Assembly (NCBI GenBank): GCA_010909165.1
Contig: MU008195.1
Location: 62,001 to 126,000 of the forward strand
From: Anthoceros angustus
Taxonomy: Eukaryota; Plantae; Anthocerotophyta
Direction: 5' to 3'
DNA length: 64,000 bases
Part shown: piece by piece, positions 13,560 through 26,965 of the stretch
Layout of the letters: each line of letters begins with the position of its first letter
Position numbering within the stretch: the first letter of the stretch is position 1
Notes under the pieces: model-generated
The model's input: the letters and a program-made list of their open reading frames with translations, nothing else
The model's database searches: none
What the model was told of the DNA's origin: nothing
Program-made: the position numbers and the translations under genes

Positions 13560-16500
13560 GACCCTTCACCCGGTGTAAGCTTTTAGATAATCTGCAATGC
13601 GACGTGGCATACCTGTAAACGGCTTCTCCTTATCTATCAAAGGTTAATGGATGAGGGTGTAATCGATCATAACTTCTTAACTTCCACTTGGTTGGAGAGC
13701 ATACCATGGTGCGCACCGAAGCATCTGAACGGCTTGAAATGGTAGTCGGTTGATTACAAGCAGTGCAAAGAAGCATAGATCTTAGGTCTATTGAATACAA
13801 AAAACATCAAGCCCTTTTTTAGCCCCGTGCCTTACGAATTAAAGGGTTTATCCTGTCTCCCGTTCCATCCAAGGTCTTACGGGGGGTTCTAAGACAGATT
13901 ATAGCATTGATCTTTATAACACAAGGAACAAACAATATAGAAAATCAACCTGGAATTTTAAGCCAATGCGGCAACTTCAAGAACTGGTAGATTTTGATAT
14001 CCCGTGTTTCTTCCAATTTACGATTCAGGAGTATAAAAATAACCAGCGGAACAATATGTGTAGTAGATAGCTAGGGTAAGGGTGGCCCATCAGCAGCAAG
14101 TTGTGGTTGAAGTGTCTTTGAGCCTCATTGCAATATTAGTGACAACAAACAATAACAAAAAGTAGGAGGAATTGCATATGGCAGTGATGGTAGGATGTGA
14201 ACCGGGTGAGAACACAAGGATGCAAAAATCATCTCTTGTATTTTAAAGAAAGATCACAAAGATGAGATAAGAAGTCCAGGAAAAGTGGCAAATATTATAG
14301 AAGTGATAATAGATAAAATACACTTATAAAATATATGTTACCGTACAAGAAGAATTACTACAAGGCAATCACCCCATTATAGTAAAAAATAACCAAACGG
14401 TGCTGTTTCGTGGTGTGGTATGGATTGCGAGAAGGTGATGTGGTATATAGATTGCGATAAGAAATTGTGGTTAAGCGCGCCAGTTCCGGACGAGGCGTCG
14501 GATGAGATGTCTACTTGCATCCCAGAACCCGGCAACTCCCGTGGCACATTTCTATTCCATCTCTACAGGGTGACATTATACGGAAGTGCTATCGTCTACG
14601 AGAGATGATGCGTGATGTATAGCTTAGCACTGGCGGGTGAGGGCTGATTGGCTTGTTTTTGTTGCTAGGCTTGTGTTTGTGCATGAAGACTAGACGCATT
14701 TGACGGGAATGGCTGATTCCTTGACAAGGATTTGCAAGTTGGCAGTGCAAGCCAGGTGCGCAGTGACTGTTGCTTGTCGGCTGTGTTGGAAGGGCGGGGC
14801 TTATTCTGGTGGAGTCGTTTGTTTGCCACCTTGTCAGTAGCAAAAAATGAATTTGGTTTGAGTGGGCCGGAACTTGTGGCAATCCCTGCAAAGCAACTTC
14901 AGCAAGAAGCCAGATGGGATGTCAAAGCGGAAGTTGCTGTCGTCTTTGAGAGAGTAGTGATCGTTGAACCAGATTAGAAGCTTTGCTGGCGGCTCGGGGT
15001 TTTTGCCAGGGTGAGACTTTTAGTTTGGGTCTCATGCCTGCTGCGTTGCTCGTAATGTCCCAGGCTCTCGAGGAGGAGCTGCTGCAGAGCTTGCAGAGTG
15101 GTACTCTGATGTTTATAACTGTTCTAGAACTTTGCAGTTAACAGTGACAGTACTTGCTACAGGAGGTGGGAGCAGGAAATGCAGAAGAGAGCAGGAATAT
15201 GAGGAGGTTGGTGTTGGTTTTCATATGTCGTACATAAGTCTTGGTAAAGACTCTGGTGTTTTATGTTCAGTACCAAGCCTGGAGAAATTGGAAGAGTTTT
15301 CTCAGATATTACTTGGCTCCAAGAGGTAGAGCCACAAGTTGAATACTAGAAAGGTTATGAAGTGGACTAGGAAGATGACCCCGAGGAGACTTGGCTTTGC
15401 TGATGCTGAGCTTGTCTCTGCTGATAAAGAGCTTCTTTCTGATGATGAGTGGTTGCCATGGGGGACTTACCTGCTTAAGTAGCATGCATGTTTTGGAGTC
15501 ATGGCGTCCCAGATCTTCCTGCATGTGTGGAATTCTTCTTCACATGTTGAGTCATCAGTTGAGGAGGCAGCATATGAATCAGCAAGGATTCCGTGTCTGC
15601 ACCCATGGCCTAGGCACAGAGGACTTCACCTCCACATGAATCTGGGGCCACGAGGAAGAAAGGCGAGTCCATGTGGAGGTACAATTAACTGTCTACCCTT
15701 TCCATGGATTACTTAGCTTTGTCGTTGCAGCAGGCCTCTTTGTTGAAACATTTTAGATTTAGTATGCGCACGAGGTGTCAACTCAATCCACCTTGTTCTG
15801 ATGGTCGAAGTTATCCTCATACTCAGTCCTCCCGACATCCTCAACTCATGCCCTCACGCTTCTACACCACCTGAAACAATGGTCCTGGTGTAAAGCACCA
15901 ACAGAGGAAGCTGAGGGAAACATTCGTATGATACTAGGCTGTGCTGGATCCAGCAGATCCACCTACGCCTCTGGGCTCCATGCACGAGCAGATTCTCCAT
16001 GCATAAGTTCAGCACCAAGCCGGGTGACGCCTTGACTGCAGTCAACTCTTGTGACCCAGAAAGGCAAAAAGTGTAGTAACAATCGGCGCTTGCTTCCACG
16101 ACGTGTAGCCGTCGATTACAGGTGAAGCCTCCACCCCCTCGATTCCCAGGCAAAAAAGTCGGTCTGTGTCAGGTTCCATATGTACCCAGTAGGGCCTGGA
16201 GGCAGCACACTTGGGCAGACGCAGCGGCAGGCAAGGACCTCAAAATCTTTTTGTTAACGGGATGGAGGCATGTTCATTTATGATGCTGTAACGTGCCTCA
16301 AGTCTGCAGCCACGGCCCCAGCTTTTGACACGCCTGGCCTTCCAGTGGGCAGCTGGAAAGATGGAAAGAAGGCTCCGTGCGTTTGGTGCAGGGATTGCAG
16401 GAGTCTGTAGGGCTAGTGGATAGTACTGTTGAGGAACGACCTCTGCCGCTTGTAACTTGTGATGAGGAGTAAACCTGTGGTTGGAACTAGTCCAAGACTG

Positions 16501-17281
16501 GGCTGCGAGTGTTTATTCTGCATGCATGTGTATCGTACTGCACATATTCAGATCACCCATAGAGGAGAGATTTCCAAACCTACTCGACGACGAGTTGTCA
16601 GATATGGTGACGATGTCTCTGCTGCTTGCACTGTGGGGTTTGACTGGCCCGGCCAACGGCTCTCTCACTGTGACAACGTCAGTGGTAACGTTGAATATGC
16701 AGCTGTTAACAGTCACTGATGAGAGAAGCTGCTAGGCGGCCCGCAAAACCAGCTGCACAGGTCTCGTGTCCAACTCCCAGCACGCTTTTCCTTGCCAACT
16801 CTAGCCGGCGTCCGGAGATTGAGCAGCATCGCCTCCTAGCCTTTCATCAGCCTGCTTTATTTGAATTGGCGGCTTTCGTGCTCTACGAATGCTCTTCCCC
16901 GCCGGCCCAATTCAAGCTCGAAGGGTTGGCTTTGAGCTGCGAGGTGGGAAGGGGGGCGTGATTGTATCTGTTTGTGGGCCGTGAATTGTACGCGTTATCG
17001 GGCTTGAGGGATTTGGGTGTGGCGCATTCTGGAATGGTGGGTTGCTGAGGTCGGGAGCCGGTGCTGGCTGGAGGTGTGAAGTGTGTGTGACCTGGATGGC
17101 CTGGCGCTGCTGCTGCGGAGCTGTGGGAATATTGGGCAGGGCCCATGTGGGCGCGAGGCAGGCGAGTTGGGGAGGTAGCTGGTGCGCAGAGGGATCAGGA
17201 CGGAGTTTAGGCTGCGGTAGCAATGTGCCTCCGGGACAGGTGAGAGGGAGCTGAAATTTTTTTGTGGGTGGTGGGTTTGTG

Positions 17282-20200
17282 ATGCCGTGGCTTTTCTTCT
17301 CGCAATTCTTCGGGCCCAAGTCGGAGATGGTGGGCCATGAAGGTGGGGCTTTGGACGGGAAGAAGAGCTCTTTTGAGGAAGGGAGGTCCGGAGTGATGGA
17401 CCTGGTGCACAGATTTGGGCAGTCGCCTGCTGGGAATGGGGTGGGTGAGCAGGGTACTACTAGGGGCAGAGAGGGGGAAGATGGTGGGGAGGGTGAGGGG
17501 GATGGTAATGGGATCGGAGGCGAGAGCCCGCAGTCGCCGGGTGTGTCCGTTGGCAAGGTTTCGGATAAGAGCAAGGGGAAAAGAGTAGAGGAGGGCTACG
17601 AGTTTGATGATGCTGGTTCTGGGGGGCAGGTGAATGATCTGGTGCATGTTCACTTCAGTGGGAGTAATAGCAATAACTTCCCGAGCAGAAAGAGCGAACT
17701 GGAGAAAGGGAAGAAAGTTGTGGAGATAGAGGAGGATGAAAGAGGGTCTCCAGGAAGCAAGGCATTGAAGTCTGTCGTTGCGAGCAAGAGTGATCTGTCA
17801 GTGGCCTCCGGTTCTATGTTGAGCCAGTTCTTAGAGAAGTTGTCCCCAAGAACCTCCAGAAGCCATTCTCTGCGTTTCGCTACGCATGCTGCGCAGCGAC
17901 AGAATGAGAAGTTCACCAACCCTGAGAAGATTCCACCCGCGGATATTTGCATGAAGGAGTTTCAAGAAATCTATCCTAAGTACTCGGAAACTACTGACAT
18001 TGACAAGCTTAGGAAAGAACACTATGCGCATTTGCAAGAATCTGGTCACGTTTGTCTCGACTACTGCGGGTACGGGTTGTTTTCGCATTTCCAGCAAGTG
18101 CAAAACAAATCCCTGTCTTCCTTCGGGCTGGCCTACATCTCAGCAAACTTGGCGACCCATGCTCTGTATGGGGCTGCTGATGGCCAAAGTGCGGAGGGAT
18201 GTATCAGAAAGCGAATCATGCAGTATCTGAATATTTCCGAGACAGAGTACAGCATGGTGTTCACGGCAAGCAGGGGATCGGCCTTCAAATTGTTGGCAGA
18301 GTCCTACCCCTTTCATGTTAGCGGCAGGCTGTTGACAGTTTATGATCATGACAGCGAAAGTGTCAAGTGGATGGTAGAGAGCGCTAGGCAGAGGGGAGCC
18401 AAAGTCATGAGCGCTCTGTTCAAGTGGCCATCCTTGCGTGTATGTGCTGTCACCCTCAAGAAGCAGATTAAGGTAATCAGAGGGCTTGCCACAAAGCATG
18501 GGTGAAGTTGGATCCGAAGGACAGGACACTGCTCTGTGCTTTGTCTGATGTGGATTTAATATGACTCATATCTTGTATTGTTTTATCTCCAGGGTAGGTG
18601 GCGAAATGTTCCACACAAAAGAAGGGGCCCGGAGAGGTGGAACAAGTTGTTTCTTTCCTTATTCAGAAGATTGACTGGCGTCAGGAAGGCCAAAGAGGCC
18701 CAACCTCAGGTATGTGGTGGCTACTGTTTGCTGTAATGGTCATTGTGTATTCATCTTTCTATTGCTTGCTGATCAGATCATGTCTTGCAGGAGCATCGCA
18801 GAAAGAAGGATGTCTCTAAAGGTCTCTTCGTCTTTCCAATGCAATCACGCATAACCGGTTCCAAACTTGCTTATCAATGGATGTCATATGCTCAGCAGAA
18901 CAAGTGGCATGTGCTACTTGATGCTTCCGCTCTTGGTCCAAAGGACATGTGCTCTCTTGGACTGTCTCTCTTCCGGCCAGATTTCATTGTAGCATCATTC
19001 TTCAAGGTGTTTGGGGCAGATCCCACTGGGTTCGGCTGTCTCTTCATAAAAAATTCTGCTATGCCTTACTTACAAAGCTCCTATCGGGCAAGAGGGGTTG
19101 GCATGGTACGGATTGTCCCGTATGGAAGCTATGCCTCACCTGATGTGTCTCCCAGCAAAGCCCAACAACAGGAACGTGCACGCTCTGGTGAGCTGAAAGG
19201 AGGCAAGGAGGTGCATGGGGCTAATGGTCAGGGCACCAATTACTTGGCACCAGGCTCGGTGCATACAGGAGTGAGTTCTTTCTCTGGACCTGTGCGAGCT
19301 GAATACATGAAACGACCGTCCGATAGACCTAGTGGTCTCCTCTCTGAGAATCTGTATGTAGGCTATGCAAAAGCTGCTTACATTGATGAAAAGAGCGGAA
19401 ACTCTGAGACCACGTGTGCATCAGGAAGTCTTTATGCTTCTGGAAGCCTCCCCCCCTCAAGCAGCCTGTATGCCTCTGGCAGCTTCTACCCGTCTAGCAG
19501 TGCTTTCCCATCTGGCAGCATTTATCCATCTGGTGCCCTCCATACACCTCCATCCGGTAGTCTGTATTCTAGTGCAAGTGACTCAGATAAGTTTCGGAAG
19601 AATTCATCTCTGGACCAGTGGCTGGATGTTGGATTTTCAGGTCCGATGTCACCTCATCTGAAGAAAGAAAAATTGGGGCCAAGCTTGCTGCGGGAAAACC
19701 GTTTTGCTAGCAGTTCAGATGACAAAGAGGATAGAAGCACCCATCAAGTTCGTGGAGACAACAGCATACCCAGCTGCAGCTCTAATGATAAACTGCAGAA
19801 TTCTGTAGGAGAAGTGAGCAGAGGAAGAGGCCAGAGTGCTCTTGGTATGGCAATTAATTCGTCCAGCAGGGATGAAGGGGAGATTTCGAACAGTTCTGGC
19901 AGTTCTCTTCACGAGCATGAGATCTTGGAGTGGACCAGCAGGCATCACTTGGTTGCAAAAGGAAGCAGCTCTGTGAGACCTTCTCATAAGGAAAAAGGAA
20001 GTTCTGATGGTGCAGGTCATGGTATTGGCACAGATAACTTGCATGAAGGGTCCAGTAAAACTCAGATAAATGAAGGGCTTCAACGGGAGAATAGCTTTGC
20101 AAGTTCAGCTCACGACGTCGAGGGAAGTTCTGGGCGCGATAGTTTTACAACTCCCCCGGGGGAGCTACTGGACTTGCACAAGGATTTTGGTCGGGCAGGC

Positions 20201-21445
20201 ATTGATGTCGACGGTGGTCATACAGTAGATGAGAAAGCAAGTGAGCAAAGTCATGGAAGCAGTGTCAGGGTTTTCGAAGATCATGAGAGAGACCCCAAGT
20301 CCTGTGGCTTCACCACTGAGGGTGCAGCTTCTTCTTGTGATTCACAAGCGCGGAGCACGGTGCGAGCTGAAGAGGGTGGGTTTGCGTCAGGTGTTGTGAG
20401 CAGTGCCCATGTTGGGACAATGGGTTCTGCACAACCAGGGTTTGCAGCAATGCTGAACAACCTGTCTTCAAGAGCTGAGAATAATTCCAGTCTTGGGAGT
20501 GGAGACAAAGGGGATATAAATCGTGAAGAGTTCAAGAGACACACAATCCCAGGTGTGAGACGTGACGCAGTGCCCAGTTTCAAAGAGAACGCTGTCAGTA
20601 GAGAATCTGAGAAGGCGTATGAGATGCTAGGCTGCAGAGATCGTGAAGCACAAAGAAGACTGCTGGTCATCAACAGAGAGATCGCTGACATGGATGGAGA
20701 GGGCACAGATACTTTTGACTTGAGCAGCAGGGAGTCCTCCTTGAGGCTTGGGAGCCGGGGGGAGTCATTGTATAATATTCAAGAAGTTTCCTCCGGAGCA
20801 ACACAGTCTGAGGAAAGTGATTACACTGAGGGTGTAGAAGAAGAAGCAGAGGTTGCAGATAGTGCTGGCATACCCCAGCCAGCTGTGTTTTGTCAAAGCC
20901 TAGACCATGCTGATTTTATGGGTCTGAATAGAACAAATATGAGGCAAAGACATCTAAGTTCCTGGCTCATTCACTCTCTCATGAAACTGGAGCACCCGGG
21001 TGGCCGTCACTTAGTGCATGTCTATGGCCCCAATGCTAGAGCTGACAGAGGGCAATCCGTTGCCTTCAACGTGTTTGACTGGAATGGAAACCTGCTGCTG
21101 CCAGGACTTGTGCAGCGACTTGCAGATCGCAGCAACATTGCACTTGGACTGGGTTCACTCTGCAACATAGACCTCCCAGAGGATGTGAATCTGGTGCCAG
21201 GGCTTGTCATTAAGAAAACAGGCTTCAAGCAGGGGGAAACAAGCAGACCTCGAATTAGGGTAGTGACAGCATCTTTGGGCTTTGTTTCGAACTTTGAGGA
21301 TGTGTACAGATTGTGGCATTTTGTAGCGAAGTTCCTGGACGTTGACTTCCTCTTCAGAGAGGTTTGGCGGTACCACAGCTTGAATCAGGAGACTGTTGTT
21401 GTGGGTGACGGGAGTGTGGTCCAGGACAGTTCTCAAACAGGATAA
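17282..21445 (+). CDS. Molybdenum-cofactor-sulfurase-like PLP-dependent transferase (plant At2g23520/At5g66950-type), two exons, about 1281 aa
   Basis: Exon 17282-18472, intron 18473-18790, exon 18791-21445. Motifs VCLDYCGYGLFS, MVFTASRGSAFKLLAESYPF, WHVLLDASALGPKDM, RPDFIVASFFKVFGADPTGFGCL and LDHADFMGLN. Confidence 0.92.
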
Positions 21446-22679
21446 ACTCAAGGTTTTTCTAAACGTTTCTTCAGGGTCCAAACAGCAGGTTGCTTTTGCT
21501 TTGTGGACAATTGGAGGTTATGAATGACCACGTTAAGCCGGTAATCGTGGTGTTTCAAGCACAGTGTTATTGTTGGTGACGATGCCCTCCATCGCCTGTG
21601 CATCTGTATTATGGCAGGGGTTATATCTGAAAGGTAGCAAGGATTGTAGCTGCTTTTTCATGCTTGTTGTTGACCAACCCATGCATGGTTTGCTGAGCGC
21701 TTTTTTGCCTGTTTCCAGATGTCTGTACCCGCTGGAGGTGTGAACAATTGTCAGCCATCTGGGGAAGAGGGTGCACTGCTTCCTTATCATGCGACCTTCC
21801 GAGATGAAGATGCCATTGCAATCTTGTCTTCATAGTAATTCCGGGCCATCTCACCTTATGGTGGGTTGTTGTATTTTATTCAGTCGGGTCTACTGTCTGT
21901 GATTGTTTAGCCACAACTCAGTAAGTGGCTGAGATCCTTTGTCATTGAAACAGAAAATTGGCTTCTGTTGACAAACTTCAAAATGGGCTTTAGTTGATAA
22001 ACTTTGAAGGAACTTTTGGTTGGCAAACTTTGAACTTCCTGCAAACTCTGTAGGGAAGTCCATATTGAGCACCAATTTAATGTATGAAACAGGTCTGAAT
22101 ATCCACATACATCCGTTGACGTCTAGTCGGCTGTGTCAACGGTCCGCCCAACGATAGCTGACATAACCGCAACCCTCAACTAACTGGTAATGCGCTTAAT
22201 TGAGTGTTTCACTCCGCTTGTGCAGTAGCCTAATCGGTTATGTCAGATGTCGTCACATGAGGTGTTTGAGGTTGATGGGTTGGAGTTTGTAAGCTGTGTT
22301 TGTTGTGGGGCAAAGTGCAAAGCTTCCGGAACTTTCCGCATTTTGCTTCAGCAAGGGAGCAGGGAGCATAGCTTGGTGAGGAATGGTCCTTAGTCATGTA
22401 GATGACTGCAGATAGGCAGCAATGCCGCCCTGCCCAGCTACCAGGGCCTAACATTTTGGAAGGCCTTGCACTGGAATGTCTCTGAAGAACTAGAGATCTT
22501 CTTCCAGTGTAGGACAGTGGGGACACGAAGTCTGTTGCCCACCCCCAATTCCGCTCTCTGCTCGAATCCTAAAGAGAAACGTCAACCTCCGTCTACATGT
22601 CCAGGGAATTATTTTGATTCCTGACAGCAAATTATCAGGTCCGGACACTAGGACTGCTGCTCCTGGTACTGTTGGCAGG

Positions 22680-22775
22680 CTTTGTTTCGGTTGATTCTCG
22701 CCCGAAATCAACAGCAGGCTTTGCAGAGATGAGTTCCAGCAGCACAAAGCTGAAGCTGTGGACATCGCTGGTAAA
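22680..22775 (-). pseudogene. Fragment of a receptor-like kinase C-lobe (subdomain IX)
   Basis: SDVHSFSFVLLELISAKPAVDFGRE. An inverted copy is at about 30055-30130 (+) and a fuller copy at about 37780-37870. Confidence 0.65.
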
Positions 22776-22909
22776 TGTAAAGGTAAAATGTAAAGGACAT
22801 CGCTGGACAAATGTAAAGGTAAAATTCAAACAAGACAAATAATCTTCAAATCAATCAACACTATGAATGAAATTGCGTGAACGAGGGCCAAAACACCAGC
22901 AATTCATCC

Positions 22910-24130
22910 CCACGAAAGAAAACCACTTGACCTGTAGCACGAGGTGCTCTGAAAGCATATAACTTCTCCTTCTTAGTCTTCCATTGCAATGGTGTAAGAA
23001 TCTTCCATCCTGTCAGAAAGCCTGATTCCATCGTTGTATTCTATCGATAAAAAGTCGTCAGCGGACGGTAGGCTACTTGGAACCTAGTGTTGTGTTGCGA
23101 GGTTGAGACCGCTGAGAATCTGTTGTGGAGTGAATGGCGAAGTCCCAGTACTTGTCGCTTCCTTACTGGCGGCGTAGTGAGGGGCGTTACTAATTACGCT
23201 AGCAACGTAGGAAATGAAAACACCCACCCAAATTTCTATTTCATTCGTGCTGGCATCGACGATGGCGGAAGCAACGTTCCTGTGAGACCACATATACGAG
23301 CATCGCATTTTGCAGCTAGGGTTGGGCCAATCGGATCCAGGACAACCTGCGTCTCCACTCCAACCTGTGTCTGATCTGCGTCTCCACTGCAACCTGTGTC
23401 TCACCTGCGTCTCCACTCCAACCTGTCTCCACTGCAACCTGTATCTCACCTGCGTCTCCACTCCAACCTGTCTCCACTCCAACCTGTGTCTTACCTGCGT
23501 CTCCACTCCAACCTGTTTCACCATTTGACCCACGAAAGAAAACCACTTGACCTGTAGCACGAGGTGCTCTAAAAGCAGATAACTTCTCCTTCTTAGTCTT
23601 CCATTGCAATGGTGTAAGAATCTTCCATCCTGTCAGAAAGCCTGATTCCATCCTGTCAAGCCTGATTCCATCCTGTCAGAAAGCCAGAAAACCTATCGTC
23701 AGCGGACGGTAGGCTACTTGGAACCTAGTGTTGTGTTGCGAGGTTGAGACCGCTGAGAATCTGTTGTGGAGTGAATGGCGAAGTCCCAGTACTTGTCGCT
23801 TCCTTACTGGCCGCATAGTGAGGGCGTTACTAATTACGCTAGCAACGTAGGAAATGAAAACACCCACCCAAATTTCTATTTCATTCCTGCTGGCATCGAC
23901 GATGGCGGAAGCAACGTTCCTGTGAGACCATATACGAGCATCGCATTTTGCGGCTAGGGTTGGGCCAATCGGATCCAGGACAACCTGCGTCTCCTCCAAC
24001 CTGTGTCTGATCTGCGTCTCCTGGAACCTGTGTCTCACCTGCGTCTCACTCCAACCTGTCTCACTGCAACCTGTATCTCACCTGCGTCTCACTCCAACCT
24101 GTGTCTCACCTGCGTCTCCACTCCAAGCCT
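22910..24130. repeat. About 620-bp direct tandem duplication containing a CCTGCGTCTCCACTCCAACCTGT-type minisatellite
   Basis: CACGAAAGAAAACCACTTGACCTGTAGCACGAGG starts at about 22911 and again at about 23531. The minisatellite is at about 23345-23520 and 23985-24130, with an inverted copy at 29330-29490. Confidence 0.85.
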
Positions 24131-24350
24131 GTCTCACCATTTGTTTCACTGGGACGATCCCCGGAACGAGATCAGGAATCCGCTAGTAGTTCCTCATGAC
24201 GGAATGTCCACCCGGAAGCTCTGAAGGCTCCACGCAATTTCCGCTTCCCACGAAATTCCGCGCCGAAATTCCTAGTCGCTCCCACCACGCTCAAGCTCCT
24301 GCACGCCTGCCCGCCAGATCGTCACCGCTCCCGAGCGAGCAAGGCAGCCA

Positions 24351-26269
24351 CTAACGAAGCCGATCGCCCAGGGAATTGGATTGCTTGACAAGACTATATG
24401 AGAGGTTGCCAACGCGGGCAACGCTTGTCATGGGAGCATGCTCACCTGTGTTCCCGCCGATCGAATCGGGCTTGCACACTGATCTGACCTCAGACAAGCG
24501 TGCTTTCGCACTCGGGGACGTCACGGTAGAAGGTGACCCTCGTCCTTCACAGGCCACAGCGTAGGGAGCGTAGTCAAGAGCGATTCGTGGAGCAAGAGTT
24601 GGTTTACGTTGCTAACATAAACATTGTCCCAACTGCTCCACTCTCCCAGCCGGTACAGTTCCGTCGACACAAGTGACATTATTTTCTCACGTCTGTATCT
24701 CCATGCCTCCGTCTCACACCTCCACCAGAGCCCTCACAAAAGCACTTTCATGAAGACAGACCTCGGCCTTGGGGATCGTGAAAGAAATAATGGACTCATC
24801 TAACATATCACGGAAGTCTGGTAACCAATTGATTACCTCGTCATCTAGCACACTTGGAAGGACTGAGCATTGCGGGTCATCAGGCTTCTCCTGTCCAGGT
24901 GCTTGACAAGCCTCCGACAGCCGGCCAAGATGAAGACCTTAGGTTTGCATGAGAGAAGCGGACTTAAGAGGAGATGCCGCACTATATTTTCATATACATA
25001 CACGGAGTCTCCATGTTCATCCAAGATAAATACTCTACCATCAATGCCCACATCTGCTATCACGAAACACACGAAAGAGTCACATTCTGCCAGAGCTTCT
25101 CCGTAAGAGGATGTGCCCAAATTCCGCATTATGCTCATCAGCTCAGCGGCTTCTATGTTCTGTAACACCTTCACTTCAAACCCGATACTATGTGCTAGAA
25201 GTTCCAGCATCGCCCGGTCTACAGATACCCAGGGTCTCCCTTTCTCCATGCTTATCAGAACAGCCAAGCCCGTCCTTCGAGCTCTCGTGGTTACCTCAGG
25301 TTCCTATTGTCATCAGAGTAGCCGGTGCTCGGACAGCCCAAGTCGAAGGAGGGCAATGATCTTGGAACCCTGGAGGTTGCAAGTTGCCTACGCAGCTCCT
25401 CGTTCTGCACTATCACTTTGCAAACACCCTGCAACAGCATACTCATCATATCCCGAAGCTCTGTACTGAGATCCAGCACCTGGTTTGTTCTGCAGCAGAT
25501 GTCTGTCGCATCTTTCCCAGTCTGCTTCACCTCAGCCCGGAGCTCCTGAATGATCCTCAGCTCGTGAACAAGCTCCTGGTTCATGTCAGACACCTGTACC
25601 TCGATCCTGTCGAACTCTTCCACAGGCTGCTTCACTGCCTCGTCCATCCCGTCCGCTGCCGTGAGCTTGTTCAGCAACTCCTGGACTTCCTTCAGCAGGA
25701 TCTGGTTATCTTCTGTCCCTTCAATATCTTCTCCACCAGGTAACCTTGAGCTGCAACCGAGTCTTGCACAACCACCTGCTTTGCAAGGCATGCCCATGTG
25801 GCTTCTGTGGATGCCAGCTCCTTGAGACAGCGTGTCAAGGTCAAAATCTGGCGAGACAGCTTGAGCCGTTTCCCGACGTGCTTCAGAGAATTCAACCTCC
25901 CAGCAGGCAAGTCTCGGCACTTGGCTGCAGAAAATCCGCTTCTTCCAGGACCGGCCTGACTTCTTGTAGCCATTCGTTCACCTGAATATCACCATTGCCT
26001 GCTCAGCCATGCGCATCAGAATCTGCAAACCGTGAAACCGGACAGCAGCGAACTGTGAACAGCCCCCTGTCAGATCACATTGCGGGAGGCAGTTTTAGAA
26101 TACAAACCTTGTGCTGCCGATACCAGGGTTTGATCCTCAGAACATACACGTTCAACTGCTCACAATACTTCAGGAGGTTGAGAGTGTCTTTGAGTGCGAG
26201 CGCAACCTTATCCAGCAATTTGTTCACTGCCCAGCCCATTCCAGCAGCAACAAATCCCGGGTCGCCCAT
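24351..26269 (-). pseudogene. RPW8-like / coiled-coil / caspase-like gene, copy 1 (several 1-bp frameshifts, possibly sequencing errors)
   Basis: MGDPGFVAAGMGWAVNKLLDKV..., LEEADFL.AKC, DSFVCFVIADVG and KPKVFILAGCRR, colinear with the intact copy at 39202-41089. Confidence 0.8.
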
Positions 26270-26494
26270 TTTGGTCCTTGGAAGACGAGCGCTCTCCCCC
26301 ACCACGCAATAGAAACAGACGCTACCCTGTGCGACACTCGCCTTCCGCAATCACTGCCCCGCGACTACGGCGGAGGCTCGAGCCGCGGACAGCTCGAATG
26401 CAAAAGCCTTAGATACATGACCCTCACCTGAAGCTTCCAGGAAGTGTTCCTGTTGAACGGAGCCAAATCCGAACCAATGGAGGAAATGTTCCTG

Positions 26495-26965
26495 TGTGTG
26501 AACGGGCCAATCTCGAAGCAATGCAGAACAGCCAATGTGCGAAGCAATGCAGGAAGTGTAGAGCCAATCTCCGAAGCAATGCCCAGAATAAATGCATTGG
26601 CTCCGTTCTGCATTGCTTCGGAGATTGGCTCCGTTCACACTTCCTGCATTGCTTCGGACATTGGCCCAGAATAAATGCATTGGCTCCGTTCTGCATTGCT
26701 TCGGAGATTGGCTCCGTTCACACTTCCTGCATTGCTTCGGAGATTGGCTCCGTTCACACTTCCTGCATTGCTTCGGACATTGGCCCAGAATAAATGCATT
26801 GGCTCCGTTCTGCATTGCTTCGGAGATTGGCTCCGTTCACACTTCCTGCATTGCTTCGGACATTGGCTCCGTTCTGCATTGCTTCGGAGATTGGCTCCGT
26901 TCACACTTCCTGCATTGCTTCGCACATTGGCTCCGTTCTGCATTGCTTCGGAGATTGGCTCCGTT
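26495..26965. repeat. Satellite of alternating about 28- and 36-bp units at the palindrome centre
   Basis: CATTGCTTCGGA(G/C)ATTGGCTCCGTT followed by CTG or CACACTTCCTG, with CCCAGAATAAATG interspersed three times. Strand orientation switches at about 26581. Confidence 0.9.

Larger units (their letters stand above)
21561..26581. repeat. Left arm of a large inverted duplication
   Basis: Reverse complement of about 26876-31270 along its length. For example GTTATTGTTGGTGACGATGCC at about 21566 pairs with GGCATCGTCACCAACAATAAC at about 31245. Carries an internal tandem duplication that the right arm lacks. Confidence 0.92.

Noticed and set aside
14400-16400. Possible degenerate non-LTR or other transposon remnants
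   Set aside because: No diagnostic RT, endonuclease or transposase motif could be read.
16912-17653. Pro/Ser-rich minus-strand ORFs
   Set aside because: Antisense of the purine-rich 5' end of the sulfurase-like gene.
26495-26965. CRISPR-like appearance of regularly spaced repeats
   Set aside because: The intervening sequences are themselves repeated rather than unique spacers, no cas genes are present and the context is eukaryotic. It is a satellite.
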